NCBI GenBank assembly: GCA_942493235.1
Contig: OW818676.1
Location: forward strand, 2,919,605-2,983,604
Length of the DNA stretch: 64,000 nt
Direction: 5' to 3'
Source: an uncultured bacterium
GTDB taxonomy: Bacteria > Bacteroidota > Ignavibacteria > Kapaibacteriales > UBA2268
Shown: positions 18,790-28,898 of the stretch, piece after piece
Layout of the letters: each line of letters begins with the position of its first letter
How positions within the stretch are numbered: position 1 is the stretch's first letter
Position numbers and translations under genes: made by a program
The notes under the pieces: generated by a model
What the model saw: only the letters and a program-made list of their open reading frames with translations
Database searches by the model: none
Told to the model about the DNA's origin: nothing

Positions 18790-20055
18790 ATGAAGATGAA
18801 GGATAATAATAATATTGAAATTATGTCGCCGGTGGGTTCTTATGAATCTCTAATGGCTGCTATACAGGGTGGAGCCGGCAGTATTTATTTTGGCTCGGGT
18901 AACTTGAACATGAGAGCAAACTCCTCTAATAATTTTAGTTTGGAAGATATAAAAAACATTGCCAATATCTGTAAAGAAAACAAAGTAAAATCTTACCTTA
19001 CAGTAAATACAATCATCTATGATGATGAAATCGAATCAGTTAAATCAATTATTGATATAGCTAAAGAGTCCGGGGTAACTGCGATAATTGCTTCGGATAT
19101 GGCGGTAATAGCCTATGCCCGTAGCATAGATATGGAAATCCATATCTCTACTCAGCTTAATGTAACTAACATTGATTCTGTTCGTTACTTTGCTCAATTT
19201 GCTGATGTTATAGTTTTAGCTCGCGAATTAACAATAGAGAAAATTGCATATATATGTAGTAGGATTAAAGAAGAAAATATATGCGGACCATCTGGTAAGC
19301 AGGTAAGAATTGAGATATTTGTTCACGGAGCTTTATGTATGGCTGTGTCCGGTAAATGTTATCTAAGCCTTCATGAGAGAAATTACTCTGCTAATAGAGG
19401 TGCATGCCTTCAGACCTGTCGTAGAGCTTATAATGTAAAAGATATTGATACCGGATATGAACTTGAGATTGATAACAAGTTTATTATGTCTCCAAAGGAT
19501 TTATGCACTATCGGATTTTTAGACAAAATCATTTCAGCCGGTGCTACTGTGTTAAAAATCGAGGGTAGGGGCAGAGCTCCCGAATATGTTAAAACTGTTA
19601 CTGAGTGCTATCACAGTGCTGTTTCTGCGTATTTTGACGGTACTTTTAGCAAAGAGAATACTGACAAATGGACTGAAAAACTCAGAACTGTATTTAATAG
19701 AGATTTCTGGGACGGATATTACCTCGGTCAGACTTTCGGGCAGTGGAGCGATAGATACGGCTCACAAGCTACAAGACGTAAAATTCAAATCGGCAGAGTA
19801 CAGAAATATTATGATAAAGTCAAAGCCGCAGCATTTAAGATAGAAAGCGATACTTTGAAAGTCGGTGATACAATTATCATTACCGGACCAACTACCGGTG
19901 TATTGGAAATCTCGGTTAAAGAAATTAGAATTGATTACAAAAACATTGAAGTAGCCAACAAAGGCGATATTATCAGTATTCCGGTTGATACAAAAGTAAG
20001 AGCTAATGACAAGCTATTTAAAGTAATACCGGCTGAAGAAGCCATCTTGCAATAG
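18790..20055 (+). CDS. U32-family protein (TrhP/RlhA-like Fe-S hydroxylation protein)
   Basis: EIMSPVGS, GAGSIYFG, HISTQLNVTN, EIFVHGALCMAVSGKC, NRGACLQTCRR, LKIEGRGR.PEYV. Confidence 0.92.
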   Translation: MKMKDNNNIEIMSPVGSYESLMAAIQGGAGSIYFGSGNLNMRANSSNNFSLEDIKNIANICKENKVKSYLTVNTIIYDDEIESVKSIIDIAKESGVTAIIASDMAVIAYARSIDMEIHISTQLNVTNIDSVRYFAQFADVIVLARELTIEKIAYICSRIKEENICGPSGKQVRIEIFVHGALCMAVSGKCYLSLHERNYSANRGACLQTCRRAYNVKDIDTGYELEIDNKFIMSPKDLCTIGFLDKIISAGATVLKIEGRGRAPEYVKTVTECYHSAVSAYFDGTFSKENTDKWTEKLRTVFNRDFWDGYYLGQTFGQWSDRYGSQATRRKIQIGRVQKYYDKVKAAAFKIESDTLKVGDTIIITGPTTGVLEISVKEIRIDYKNIEVANKGDIISIPVDTKVRANDKLFKVIPAEEAILQ

Positions 20056-20064
20056 TTTTTACTC

Positions 20065-20377
20065 CCCACTCTGATACGTGTGGTTGATTCAATTACGAAC
20101 TTCAAATTACCAATTACGATTTACATAAGATATGTCTCTAATTCCCTATCCCCACTCCCGCCTCTGAAGCGAGGGGTTGATGGCAGAGATGTATTTTCTA
20201 TTCCCCACGCTAAAAAATGTGGTTGAAAGATTTTCGGTTACCAGCCATTAGCCATACTACGCAGAGCGTAGTAAGGAGGGTTGCATATTCCTATTTCCTA
20301 TTTCCAATTTCCAACTCCTACTTTATAACTTCATAACTTTACAAACTTTATAACTTTCAACTTCCCACTTCATAACT
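20065..20377. repeat. Cluster of palindromic modules and heptamers between convergent genes
   Basis: CCCCAC..GTGGTTGA variants, TGAAAGATTTTC..ACCAGCCA, TACTACGCAGAGCGTAGTAAGG, TTCCTAT runs and ATAACTT runs, shared with the 7358-9020 array. Confidence 0.75.
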
Positions 20378-21184
20378 TTATAAATCAATTTCTAAAATAA
20401 CCGGACAGTGGTCAGAACCCATTACATCGGGTCTTTGAGTACAATTAATCAGCTTTGGTTTTAAGTTTTGCGAAATCAAATGATAATCAATTCTCCAGCC
20501 TATATTTTTATCTCTTGCTCCACTTCGCTGGCTCCACCAAGTATAGTTATTAGGTTCGGTATTGACTTGACGGAAGGCATCGACAAATCCAAGCTCGAGC
20601 ATTTGGTCGAGCTTTTCTCGCTCTTCAAGTAAAAATCCCGAAGTATTGATATTATCTTTGGGTCTTGCCAAATCAATTTCTTTGTGAGCTGTATTGTAAT
20701 CGCCACAAATAATTAATCTATGGTCTTTAGGATAATTCTTTGTGATATAGCCGAATAGATTATCATAGAACTCGATTTTGTATTGAAGTCTTTCGTTATC
20801 CGTATATCCCTTAGGGAAATAAATATTGAAAAGTGAAAAATTAGGATAAGTAACTTCTAATACTCTGCCCTCCATATCAAATCTTTCCTCATTAAGAGAA
20901 TCATTTACTACTTTTGGCTCAATCTTACTGAAGACGGCAACACCCGAATAGCCCTTTTTGCCTTTGGAATAATTATAGTATGAATAATAGCCATTGGGAG
21001 TTCTCAATTCCTCCAATATCTGTGCCGGCTCGGCTTTGATTTCCTGCAAACAGAGTATATCCGGATTTTCATCTTCGATAAACTTAAACAATTTATTTTC
21101 TTTGGTAACTTTGTCAAATCTCTTACTTGAGTTCTGACCGGTAACAGCTCTATAACCGTTTATATTCCAAGTGATTATCTTCAT
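20378..21184 (-). CDS. xth: Exodeoxyribonuclease III / AP endonuclease
   Basis: KIITWNING, DILCLQEIK, GYSGVA, EGR, IYFP, GDYNTAH, GF.DAFR, YTWWS, WRIDY, GSDHCP. Confidence 0.96.
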   Translation of the reverse strand: MKIITWNINGYRAVTGQNSSKRFDKVTKENKLFKFIEDENPDILCLQEIKAEPAQILEELRTPNGYYSYYNYSKGKKGYSGVAVFSKIEPKVVNDSLNEERFDMEGRVLEVTYPNFSLFNIYFPKGYTDNERLQYKIEFYDNLFGYITKNYPKDHRLIICGDYNTAHKEIDLARPKDNINTSGFLLEEREKLDQMLELGFVDAFRQVNTEPNNYTWWSQRSGARDKNIGWRIDYHLISQNLKPKLINCTQRPDVMGSDHCPVILEIDL

Positions 21185-21288
21185 ATTATTATCTCAATAG
21201 TTTTCATAATTATTATTAGATTGATAAGTGAATAAAACATCCGAACGAATTACGAATTAATAAATTTGAAAATATAATTATATACATT

Positions 21289-21310
21289 CCCCGAGTATAA
21301 GCTCGGGGTT
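21289..21310. repeat. Short palindrome CCCCGAG-TATAAG-CTCGGGG
   Basis: 7-bp arms downstream of accC and upstream of xth; REP-like or terminator-like. Confidence 0.45.
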
Positions 21311-21359
21311 TGATTTCGATTATTATTCACATTTTAAGCTAAGCATCAAGATACTGTTG

Positions 21360-22700
21360 TTACACTTCCCAATTATGATTATCCAAATATTTAGTATCGA
21401 TGTTTCCATCAATAAAATCTTTATTTGTCATCATTTTTTTATGGAATGGCAGAGTAGTTTTAATTCCCTCAACGATTAATTCATCTAAAGATCGCTTCAT
21501 TATAGCAATGGCTTCGGCTCTGGTCGGGGCAAAACTGATTAACTTGGCGATTAGTGAGTCATAGTGAGGTGGAATCACATATCCCTGATATGTATGAGAA
21601 TCAACTCTTATGCCTCTTCCGCCCGGGAAATGCAAGACTTCGATTTTCCCCGGTGAAGGACGGAAATTCATAAATGGGTCTTCGGCATTTATACGGCATT
21701 CAATTGAATGATTGATAGCTTTTACACCTTTTATACTCAGCTTTTCGCCCGAGCAAACTCTCAACTGTTCTTTAACCAAGTCGATACCAATTGATTGCTC
21801 GGTTACCGGATGCTCAACCTGAATTCTGGTATTCATCTCCATAAAGTAGAAATTTTTATCATTATCAACTAAATACTCTATAGTTCCGGGTCCTACATAG
21901 TTAACGGATTTAGCACCGGCGACGGCAGCTTCACCCATTTTTTTTCTTAATGCCTCATCAACAAACGGTGAAGGAGATTCTTCTATCAACTTCTGATGAC
22001 GGCGTTGTAGTGAGCATTCTCTTTCATTGAGGTGAATTACATTGCCGAATTTATCTCCTATAATTTGCACTTCAATATGCCTTGAGCCTAACACTAATTT
22101 CTCAATATATACATCAGGATTTCTGAAAGCTAATTCAGCTTCATTTCGTACTGCCGGGAATAGCTTTATCAATTCATCTTCATCATTAATTACACGCATT
22201 CCCTTGCCCCCGCCACCGGCAACAGCCTTTAGCATAACGGGATAGCCAATATCATTACAGACTTTTTTTGCTTCGTTTATATCTTTCACTATACCGACAC
22301 TACCGGGAACAACCGGTACTCCTGCTTTACGCATTGTTTCTTTAGCAACGGCTTTATTACCCATGTTTCTAATAGCATCGGCAGATGGACCGATAAACTC
22401 AATATTGCAATTATTACATATTTCTACGAATTCATCATTCTCTGCCATAAATCCATAACCCGGATGAATGGCATCAGCTCCGGTAATTTCGGCAGCCGAG
22501 ATAATCGCCGGAATATTGAGATAGCTTAATTTACTTTGCGGAGGTCCTATGCACACGGCTTCATCAGCATATTTAACGTGGAGAGCCGATTCATCAGCTG
22601 TCGAATAAACAGCAACTGTAGGAATGCCTAATTCCTTGCAGGCACGAATAATTCTCAAAGCAATTTCGCCTCTGTTTGCAATCAATACCTTTTTAAACAT
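21360..22700 (-). CDS. accC: Acetyl-CoA carboxylase, biotin carboxylase subunit
   Basis: [61 protein letters not shown]. Confidence 0.97.
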   Translation of the reverse strand: MFKKVLIANRGEIALRIIRACKELGIPTVAVYSTADESALHVKYADEAVCIGPPQSKLSYLNIPAIISAAEITGADAIHPGYGFMAENDEFVEICNNCNIEFIGPSADAIRNMGNKAVAKETMRKAGVPVVPGSVGIVKDINEAKKVCNDIGYPVMLKAVAGGGGKGMRVINDEDELIKLFPAVRNEAELAFRNPDVYIEKLVLGSRHIEVQIIGDKFGNVIHLNERECSLQRRHQKLIEESPSPFVDEALRKKMGEAAVAGAKSVNYVGPGTIEYLVDNDKNFYFMEMNTRIQVEHPVTEQSIGIDLVKEQLRVCSGEKLSIKGVKAINHSIECRINAEDPFMNFRPSPGKIEVLHFPGGRGIRVDSHTYQGYVIPPHYDSLIAKLISFAPTRAEAIAIMKRSLDELIVEGIKTTLPFHKKMMTNKDFIDGNIDTKYLDNHNWEV

Positions 22701-22715
22701 TATTTAGTTCCCTTT

Positions 22716-23192
22716 TTATGCTTTAATTGCGAATAATGGCTGAGCAAACTCTACGGGCTGACCGTTTTCAATATAAATTTTTGCTATAGTCCCGTTTATA
22801 TCACTTTCAATTTCATTCATTAACTTCATAGCTTCGATTATACAGAGTGTATCGCCTTTATTAACAGATGAACCCACTTCGCAATAATTTTTAGAATCAG
22901 GCGATGGTGCTCTATAGAAAGTACCAACCATAGGTGAATGAATTATATGCAGATTTGCATCTTCATTCGTAGAAATTTCGTTTATAATAGGGGCTGCATT
23001 ATATTCGTTTTTTATTATTTGTGGTGAAGAATTCACTTGAGGCTGAGCTTGATATACCGGCATCTGCTGAATTGTCGGCATCTCCTGAGTGCAAGACATA
23101 TACAATTCAATTCCGTCTTCGGTAATAGATAATTCGGTTGCTTTACTTTTATCAAATATTTCGACTATACTTTTTAAATACTTCAAATCCAT
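22716..23192 (-). CDS. accB: Biotin carboxyl carrier protein
   Basis: [13 protein letters not shown] and EAMKLMNEI biotinylation motif; start placed at MDLKYLK (23192) rather than 23219. Confidence 0.95.
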   Translation of the reverse strand: MDLKYLKSIVEIFDKSKATELSITEDGIELYMSCTQEMPTIQQMPVYQAQPQVNSSPQIIKNEYNAAPIINEISTNEDANLHIIHSPMVGTFYRAPSPDSKNYCEVGSSVNKGDTLCIIEAMKLMNEIESDINGTIAKIYIENGQPVEFAQPLFAIKA

Positions 23193-23299
23193 ATTAATTC
23201 CAATATAAATATTAAACATTTACGCAATATTAACGAATCAAGTTCAGTAATAATTTATTTGAATGTGAAATAATGCTTTTACAAAAACAGTTATAAATA

Positions 23300-23334
23300 A
23301 AAATATTCCACAGCTATTAGATGTGGAATATTTT
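23300..23334 (-). terminator. Probable terminator hairpin
   Basis: AAAATATTCCACA...TGTGGAATATTTT stem just downstream of the beta-barrel gene. Confidence 0.55.
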
Positions 23335-23380
23335 AATTAAATTACTTATAATTATTACAACCTATAATAATTATAATTCT

Positions 23381-23884
23381 TTATAATCTGAAAGTTAAAC
23401 CTAATTTACCTCCGGAAAATGAATTACCGCCACCGAACTCTAAATTAAGACCAACACTTCTTGATAGATAATATCTCATACCTATTTGCCCGCCTAATCC
23501 TAAACCGGAAGTATAATCTCCATCATAATCATTGTCTGAAGACCAAACAAAGAACCCTACATTAATACCGGCATACAAATCAATTTTACTATTCCTTATT
23601 TTAAATAAGCTGTTGAAATGATAATTTGCATTTCCGGAAAATCCCATAATTGAATGGTGCCAGTTTCTATGATTCCAGTTGTCATCATAAGAACGATAAG
23701 AGAATTCAGCACCAATAGTGAAATCCCTGTCTATTCCATAATCAAACCCTGCATAAAATGGAACGCCCCAACTTGAAAAGCCAAAACCGACATTTATTTG
23801 AGCCGAACCCTGTGGCAATGGATTCTGTGCCTCTAAAGCAAATGCACAAAAGAATAATGCAAGATAAAGTGTAATTTTTCTCAT
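23381..23884 (-). CDS. Small outer-membrane beta-barrel protein
   Basis: Signal peptide, alternating aromatic/Gly strands (GQIGMRYY, GLNLEFG), C-terminal GLTFRL. Confidence 0.8.
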   Translation of the reverse strand: MRKITLYLALFFCAFALEAQNPLPQGSAQINVGFGFSSWGVPFYAGFDYGIDRDFTIGAEFSYRSYDDNWNHRNWHHSIMGFSGNANYHFNSLFKIRNSKIDLYAGINVGFFVWSSDNDYDGDYTSGLGLGGQIGMRYYLSRSVGLNLEFGGGNSFSGGKLGLTFRL

Positions 23885-24010
23885 TTGTTACCTATTCTGA
23901 TAATTGTTAAATCGTTAACTATTGAATTAAAGAATACTTTTTTGACGTATATTGGCTATTTTTAGTCTATTTTCGATAAAATTAGACTAAAGAGTTTTGA
24001 ATCAGTCCTT

Positions 24011-24312
24011 TGGGTCTTCACTATTTTAAATGGATTAGCAAATAATTGTAATTACTTTAAAGAAATTCCTTATATATCAAATATTGATTTTTGATATATA
24101 ATTGGATAAACATATTTGATTTTAAATTTTAACTCCGATAGGAGTTAAACATCGCTAACATAATGAGATACACCACCACCACCCACTTGATTTAACAACA
24201 AAGAGAGAAGAAAGAGTGCGGGGGGCTAAACAATGCTTATTACCGATGTTCAACAGCTAACGCTGTTGTAAGATATTTTTCTTTATTTGCTTACCCACTC
24301 ATAATATCGATG
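24011..24312 (-). repeat. ~300 bp dispersed element, copy 2 (inverted, more diverged)
   Basis: Reverse complement matches 11671-11975 and 42648-42953; TTAACTCC-GATA-GGAGTTAA and TTCAACAGCTAACGCTGTTGTAAG are present. Confidence 0.85.
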
Positions 24313-24315
24313 AAT

Positions 24316-24432
24316 ATAGAAAATGATATTATTAGGTATTTGGAAATAAAAACATAATTAAAGAGTTTTGAAATAGTTTTATTATGTTAAATAGAAAATG
24401 ATATTATTAGGTATTTGGAAATAAAAACATAA
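24316..24432 (+). repeat. Exact 42-bp direct repeat at 75-bp spacing
   Basis: ATAGAAAATGATATTATTAGGTATTTGGAAATAAAAACATAA at 24316-24357 and 24391-24432. Confidence 0.88.
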
Positions 24433-24485
24433 AAATGTAATTTTGAAAGCTAATTATTGGACAATAAAATTGAAATAAGATACAC

Positions 24486-25355
24486 ATGAAAATTACAGGA
24501 TTTAGCTTTATTAAAAATGCACTCAAATATGATTACCCAATTATAGAAGCAATTAAATCGATACTTCCCATTTGCGACGACTTTGTTATAGCTGTCGGCA
24601 AATCCGAAGATAATACTTTAGAACTAATTAAAAGCATAGACAATGAAAAAATAAAAATAATAGAAACAGTCTGGAATGATTCTTTACGCCAGGGTGGGCA
24701 AGTTCTCGCTGTCGAAACCAATAAGGCTTTTAATGCAATTAATAATTGTACAGATTGGGCATTTTATATTCAAGGTGATGAGGTAGTTCACGAGAAATAC
24801 CTTGATGAAATATATAATAATATGCTCAAATTCAAAGATGAACCTAATATTGACGGGCTACTACTTAATTATCTGCATTTCTATGGTTCTTACAATTATG
24901 TGGGAAATTCGAGCAAATGGTATCCGAAAGAAATCAGAGTAATCAAAAATGATAAAAGCATATATTCGTACCGCGATGCTCAGGGTTTTCGTAAGGGGAA
25001 TAATTTAAAACTGAATGTTAAGCCAATCAATGCTTATATGTATCATTATGGTTGGGTAAAAAACCCTCGCTCTATGCAGGCTAAGCAGGAAGATTTCAAT
25101 AAGTATTGGCATAATGATGAGTGGATAAGCGAAAATATCATTAAATCAGAAGAATTTGATTACAGTTCAATAGATACACTTAACCAATTTACCGGAACTC
25201 ATCCTTCGGTAATGAAAGAAAGAATAGAGAGATTAAATTGGAATTTCGACTTCGATATCAGCATAGATAAAAGAAGAAAAAAAGACAAGATTAAGAATTT
25301 TCTAAATAATTATTTTGGAATTGATTTCAGCTATAAGAATTATAATATTATTTGA
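24486..25355 (+). CDS. Family 2 glycosyltransferase
   Basis: YPIIEAIKSILPICDDFVIAVGKSEDNT, WAFYIQGDEVVHE (DxD-like), YHYGWV. Confidence 0.85.
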   Translation: MKITGFSFIKNALKYDYPIIEAIKSILPICDDFVIAVGKSEDNTLELIKSIDNEKIKIIETVWNDSLRQGGQVLAVETNKAFNAINNCTDWAFYIQGDEVVHEKYLDEIYNNMLKFKDEPNIDGLLLNYLHFYGSYNYVGNSSKWYPKEIRVIKNDKSIYSYRDAQGFRKGNNLKLNVKPINAYMYHYGWVKNPRSMQAKQEDFNKYWHNDEWISENIIKSEEFDYSSIDTLNQFTGTHPSVMKERIERLNWNFDFDISIDKRRKKDKIKNFLNNYFGIDFSYKNYNII

Positions 25356-25557
25356 TTGATAAATATCATCTGATATTAGAAATATTGCATTTATCTGTAT
25401 CTATACAGTAGTCTCAATCTGAAATCAATTACAATAAATAATATAAATAATTGACTAAACACAACTTTGACTATAACAATTCGTCGATTGTGCAAGTTAA
25501 AAAAAAGGAACTATAAAATGTTAAAATACCCTCTGATACTAAAAAACAGGCATTAAA

Positions 25558-26334
25558 ATGATAAAAATAAATAATTTATATAAAACATTTGGCGATAAAC
25601 CGGTACTGCGAGGGATAAGCTTATCAATTCCCGAAGGCAAAACATACTGCATAATCGGCAAATCAGGTTGTGGAAAAAGTGTTTTAATTAAGCACATAGT
25701 TGGACTTTTAGAACCCGATAGCGGAAATGTAGAAGTAGAAGGCAGAGTAATCAGTAAGCTCAATAAAGATGAATTATTTGAGTTACGCTTGATTATGGGA
25801 TTTGTATTTCAGGGAGCTGCTCTCTTTGACTCTTTATCGGTATATGAAAATGTAGTTATTGGTCTATATGAGCATGGATTCAGAAACGAAAAAATGCTAT
25901 TAGAAGAAGCCAAACGTGTACTTTCAGCGGTGGGGCTACTTCCCGATTTTAGCGAAAATGAAACAGAGAATTATGAAACTAAATGGCAACAGCTAAAGGA
26001 TAAACGAACTTCTGACTTATCAGGGGGAATGAAAAAAAGAGTCGGCGTAGCCAGAGCTTTAGTAGGTAAACCTAAGTATATATTCTATGATGAACCGACT
26101 ACAGGCTTAGACCCCGTTACTTCCGAGCAGATAGACGACTTAATTCTGCGATTAGCAAATGAACTAAATGTAACATCGGTGGTAATCACTCATGATATGT
26201 TTTCCGTATTCCGTATCGCAGATAAAGTGGCGATGCTTAACGATGGGGAACTTCGATTTGAAGGTTTACCAGAGGAATTAAATGTATCGACAGACCCAAT
26301 AGTAATGGAATTTTTAGATAGATATAAGAAATAA
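25558..26334 (+). CDS. mlaF: ABC transporter ATP-binding protein, MlaF/Ttg2A family
   Basis: GKSGCGKS, FQGAALFDSLSVYENV, LSGGMKKRVGVARA, DEPTTGLDP, ITHD. Confidence 0.88.
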   Translation: MIKINNLYKTFGDKPVLRGISLSIPEGKTYCIIGKSGCGKSVLIKHIVGLLEPDSGNVEVEGRVISKLNKDELFELRLIMGFVFQGAALFDSLSVYENVVIGLYEHGFRNEKMLLEEAKRVLSAVGLLPDFSENETENYETKWQQLKDKRTSDLSGGMKKRVGVARALVGKPKYIFYDEPTTGLDPVTSEQIDDLILRLANELNVTSVVITHDMFSVFRIADKVAMLNDGELRFEGLPEELNVSTDPIVMEFLDRYKK

Positions 26335-26339
26335 AAATC

Positions 26340-27446
26340 ATGAAAATTGACGGAAAACAATATACGGGTATCTGGCTCGATGAAAATAATAATGAAACTG
26401 TGAATATCATTGATCAAAGGTTTCTTCCTCATAGATTAGAAATAATAAACATTTCTAATTACATAGAAATGACAGATGCAATCAAAGAAATGAAGTTGCG
26501 AGGAGCTCCATTAATAGGAGTAGCCGGAGCATTTGCAGTTTACTTAGCTTTAATTGATATAAGAAATGAAAAATTCGAAGAATATGAACTTGATAAAATT
26601 ATTGAAGAAATAATAAATGCACGCCCTACTGCCGTAAATTTGTCTTGGGCAGTAAAAAAAATAGAAAAAGAAATAATTCATAGTGATTCTATTGAAGAAA
26701 AAATTGCTCAAGCAAGAAATTCCGCATTAAATATTATGAACTTCGAAATAGAATCTTGCAAAAAAATAGGCGAATTCGGTGTAAAAATTATAAAGGATAT
26801 TTATAATAAAACACAAAAACCAGTGAATATTCTAACTCATTGCAATGCAGGATGGCTGGCAACAGTTGATTATGGCACTGCAACAGCACCGATTTATAAA
26901 GCTAAAGAAATGGGAATACCTATACACGTTTGGGTAGATGAGACCAGACCGCGAAATCAAGGTGCAAAGCTAACAGCTTGGGAATTGCTTAATCAAGGAA
27001 TAGAGCATACATTAATAGCTGATAATACCGGCGGTATATTAATGCAGAGAAGATTAATTGATTTAGTAATAGTCGGTAGCGACCGAACTACTTCGAGTGG
27101 CGATGTTTGCAATAAAGTCGGCACATATCTGAAAGCTCTTGCCGCAAAAGATAATTCCGTTCCTTTTTATGTTGCATTGCCAACATCATCAATTGATATG
27201 AGAATAAGCGAAGGAATTCGCGAAATAAATATCGAAGAACGAGACGAAAATGAAGTTAAATATATGGACGGAATCGATGAAGAAGGAAATTGGAGAAATA
27301 TTTTGATATGCCCTGCTCAGACTCCTGCTTTAAATTTGGGATTTGACATTACTCCTGCCCGATTAGTAACTGGGATAATAACTGAACTTGGAATCTGCAA
27401 TGCTGACCCCAATTCAATAAAAAATTTATTTTCAAAATATATTTAA
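26340..27446 (+). CDS. mtnA: S-methyl-5-thioribose-1-phosphate isomerase
   Basis: IDQRFLP, LRGAPLIG, RPTAVNL, LTHCNAGWLA, DETRPRNQG, NKVGTY, FDITP. Confidence 0.94.
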   Translation: MKIDGKQYTGIWLDENNNETVNIIDQRFLPHRLEIINISNYIEMTDAIKEMKLRGAPLIGVAGAFAVYLALIDIRNEKFEEYELDKIIEEIINARPTAVNLSWAVKKIEKEIIHSDSIEEKIAQARNSALNIMNFEIESCKKIGEFGVKIIKDIYNKTQKPVNILTHCNAGWLATVDYGTATAPIYKAKEMGIPIHVWVDETRPRNQGAKLTAWELLNQGIEHTLIADNTGGILMQRRLIDLVIVGSDRTTSSGDVCNKVGTYLKALAAKDNSVPFYVALPTSSIDMRISEGIREINIEERDENEVKYMDGIDEEGNWRNILICPAQTPALNLGFDITPARLVTGIITELGICNADPNSIKNLFSKYI

Positions 27447-27508
27447 AATAAATTGTATATTTCAATAAAATTTATTATTTTTAAAAGTTATTATTTAGAA
27501 AGATAATT

Positions 27509-28249
27509 ATGAAAATTAAACTGATTACTATTGATTATTGGAATACAATTTTTGATTCGACCGGTGGCAAAGAAAGAAATTCTCAGAGAAAAAATGAAAT
27601 CTATAAATTGATAAAAAGCTCAGATTTGGACGAGGGTAGTATTGACTTTGACCAAACTATACGCTACGGCTGGGAATACTTTAATAATATATGGAAAAAT
27701 GAGAATAGAACACCATCTACTCAAGAGATGGTAGAGCAAATATTTGATTTATTGAAACTTGATAAGAACAAAGAGTTAATTGATAAATTGGTGAAAATCT
27801 TTTCTGAAAGTGTTTTAGAATATCCTCCTAATCTATTAAGGGGGGCGTATGAAGTAATTAACAAATTAGAAGCCGAATATAAGTTAGCTATTATATCAGA
27901 CACCGGCTTTTCACCCGGAAATATACTTAGAGTGCTTTTAAATGACAATAGAATTCTACATTTATTTAGTGCATTTAGTTTTAGCGATGAGACAGGAGTA
28001 TCTAAACCTCACCCCAAGGCTTTCATGAAGATATTAGATGAACTAAATATAAAACCTGAAGAAGCTATCCATATCGGAGATATTGAGCGAACCGATATTA
28101 TCGGTGCCAAGTCGATTGGTATGAAAGCAATAAAATACAATGGCGAACCGTTCTATACTAATTCGTTAAATGATAGTAAAACGACAATTGCCGATTTTGA
28201 AACAAGCGATTGGAATGAAATTTATCACTATATTAAGAGCTTAAATTAA
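27509..28249 (+). CDS. HAD-family hydrolase
   Basis: IDYWNTI motif I, ISDT, KP.P.AF, HIGD...DI.GA. Confidence 0.88.
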   Translation: MKIKLITIDYWNTIFDSTGGKERNSQRKNEIYKLIKSSDLDEGSIDFDQTIRYGWEYFNNIWKNENRTPSTQEMVEQIFDLLKLDKNKELIDKLVKIFSESVLEYPPNLLRGAYEVINKLEAEYKLAIISDTGFSPGNILRVLLNDNRILHLFSAFSFSDETGVSKPHPKAFMKILDELNIKPEEAIHIGDIERTDIIGAKSIGMKAIKYNGEPFYTNSLNDSKTTIADFETSDWNEIYHYIKSLN

Positions 28250-28867
28250 TTGATTTACAGAAGAAAATACATATTAATTCTATTGATTCTATTGATAGTA
28301 ATGTCAATGCTGAATTCATGTGACATGTTCTCTACTCGTAATCCGGAATCTCCCGATGTATTATCATCAGATTATCCTCCGGCAACGAGTACCGATGTAT
28401 TAATTGACAATTTGATAAATTCACTTAATAATCTTAATTACGATGCATATTTAAATTGCTTTGCCGATAAATCCAAAGAAAGTATTGCAGATTTTGAATT
28501 TATACCAGCCGGAGACGCTGTTGCGAATTTTCCGGGTTTGTTTATGAACTGGACAATTAGCAATGAAACCAGAAACATAAAAGCTTTTTTTGCTGCAGTA
28601 GATGAAACTCAAAATCCGGTATTGAGTTTTTCTGATGCTAAATATGAGATTAGAACAGCGGATTCGTCAGTATTTTCAGCGGGATATTATTTAAGGGTGA
28701 AATTAAAAGACAAACAAGCTGAAGATATTTATAGCGGTACTTTATATTTTACTTTTATTGCCGAAACTAATGGAATATGGAAGATTTTACGTTGGACAGA
28801 TATAAGTATTATGATTAACGCACCTAATAATTCTTGGAGTATGCTAAAAGCTAAGTTTTCGAATTAA
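28250..28867 (+). CDS. Hypothetical lipoprotein
   Basis: TTG start adjacent to the previous stop; hydrophobic leader ending LNSC; FSTRNPESP follows the Cys. Confidence 0.65.
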   Translation: MIYRRKYILILLILLIVMSMLNSCDMFSTRNPESPDVLSSDYPPATSTDVLIDNLINSLNNLNYDAYLNCFADKSKESIADFEFIPAGDAVANFPGLFMNWTISNETRNIKAFFAAVDETQNPVLSFSDAKYEIRTADSSVFSAGYYLRVKLKDKQAEDIYSGTLYFTFIAETNGIWKILRWTDISIMINAPNNSWSMLKAKFSN

Positions 28868-28898
28868 GTATAGAGTTTATTTTGTTAAGGAGAAATTA

